Assembly (NCBI GenBank): GCA_964016885.1 | Contig: OZ024741.1 | Span: forward strand, 145,886,001-145,950,000 | Length of the DNA stretch: 64,000 nt | Reading direction: 5' to 3' | DNA from: Eledone cirrhosa | Taxonomy: Eukaryota | Position numbers and translations under genes: made by a program | The notes under the pieces: model-generated | Databases searched by the model: none | What the model was told of the DNA's origin: nothing | The model's input: the letters and a program-made list of their open reading frames with translations, nothing else | In this document: positions 63,661 through 64,000 of the stretch, piece after piece | How positions within the stretch are numbered: the first letter of the stretch is position 1 | Layout: each line of letters starts with the position of its first letter

Positions 63661-64000
63661 TCTCTTCCCAATTTCTTCTTTAAATAATAAAACTATTTTT
63701 CTTATATTCTATACATATGCTGTTGTATACAAACATAAATGCATAAACACATATAAAAACATACATGCAAACTGTTTTACAAATATATTTTAATTATTTT
63801 GTCCACCCCAAAACATGAGATGTTTTGAAGAAGTCAGCTTTTCAGCTAATTGTGTGATCAAGATCAAATTAATCTAGAAGCAAAAATATCTTATGCTACA
63901 TGTTCTACGTTTTCAAGAACTCCATGCTAAATGCATGCATGTTTACAATTATAATTCAATAATTATGTACATGCTCTATTACTATGGTATTCCACTACCT

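Overview
AT-rich eukaryotic DNA, most likely an intron or intergenic region of a cephalopod (Octopus-like) genome. The taxon is inferred from the SINE/LINE families and microsatellite density, not from a search. No intact host gene is recognisable, and most ORFs in the track are microsatellite artefacts. The window contains decayed non-LTR retrotransposons (two head-to-tail R4/Dong-type RLE copies, RTE-clade LINEs including one with a PHD finger inside the RT, Tx1/L1 and CRE-like remnants). It also contains a Penelope-like GIY-YIG element, many tRNA-derived SINEs, hAT-, mariner- and TTAA-type MITEs, minisatellites and microsatellites. The most striking signal is a set of hammerhead-ribozyme (HHR) folds, all in elements inserted into (TA)n tracts: (1) a type I HHR whose stem II carries an ~80-nt two-hairpin insertion and a possible pseudoknot, inside a 560-bp non-coding element with a 20-bp target duplication (25.65-26.21 kb); (2) a U3:A8 covariant minimal HHR inside a foldback (5.8 kb); (3) a minimal HHR in the Penelope 3' end (27.4 kb); (4) a half-HHR hairpin (42.15 kb). 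The 25-28.7 kb region is an inverted duplication in which one arm collected nested insertions. Coordinates of degraded repeats are approximate.
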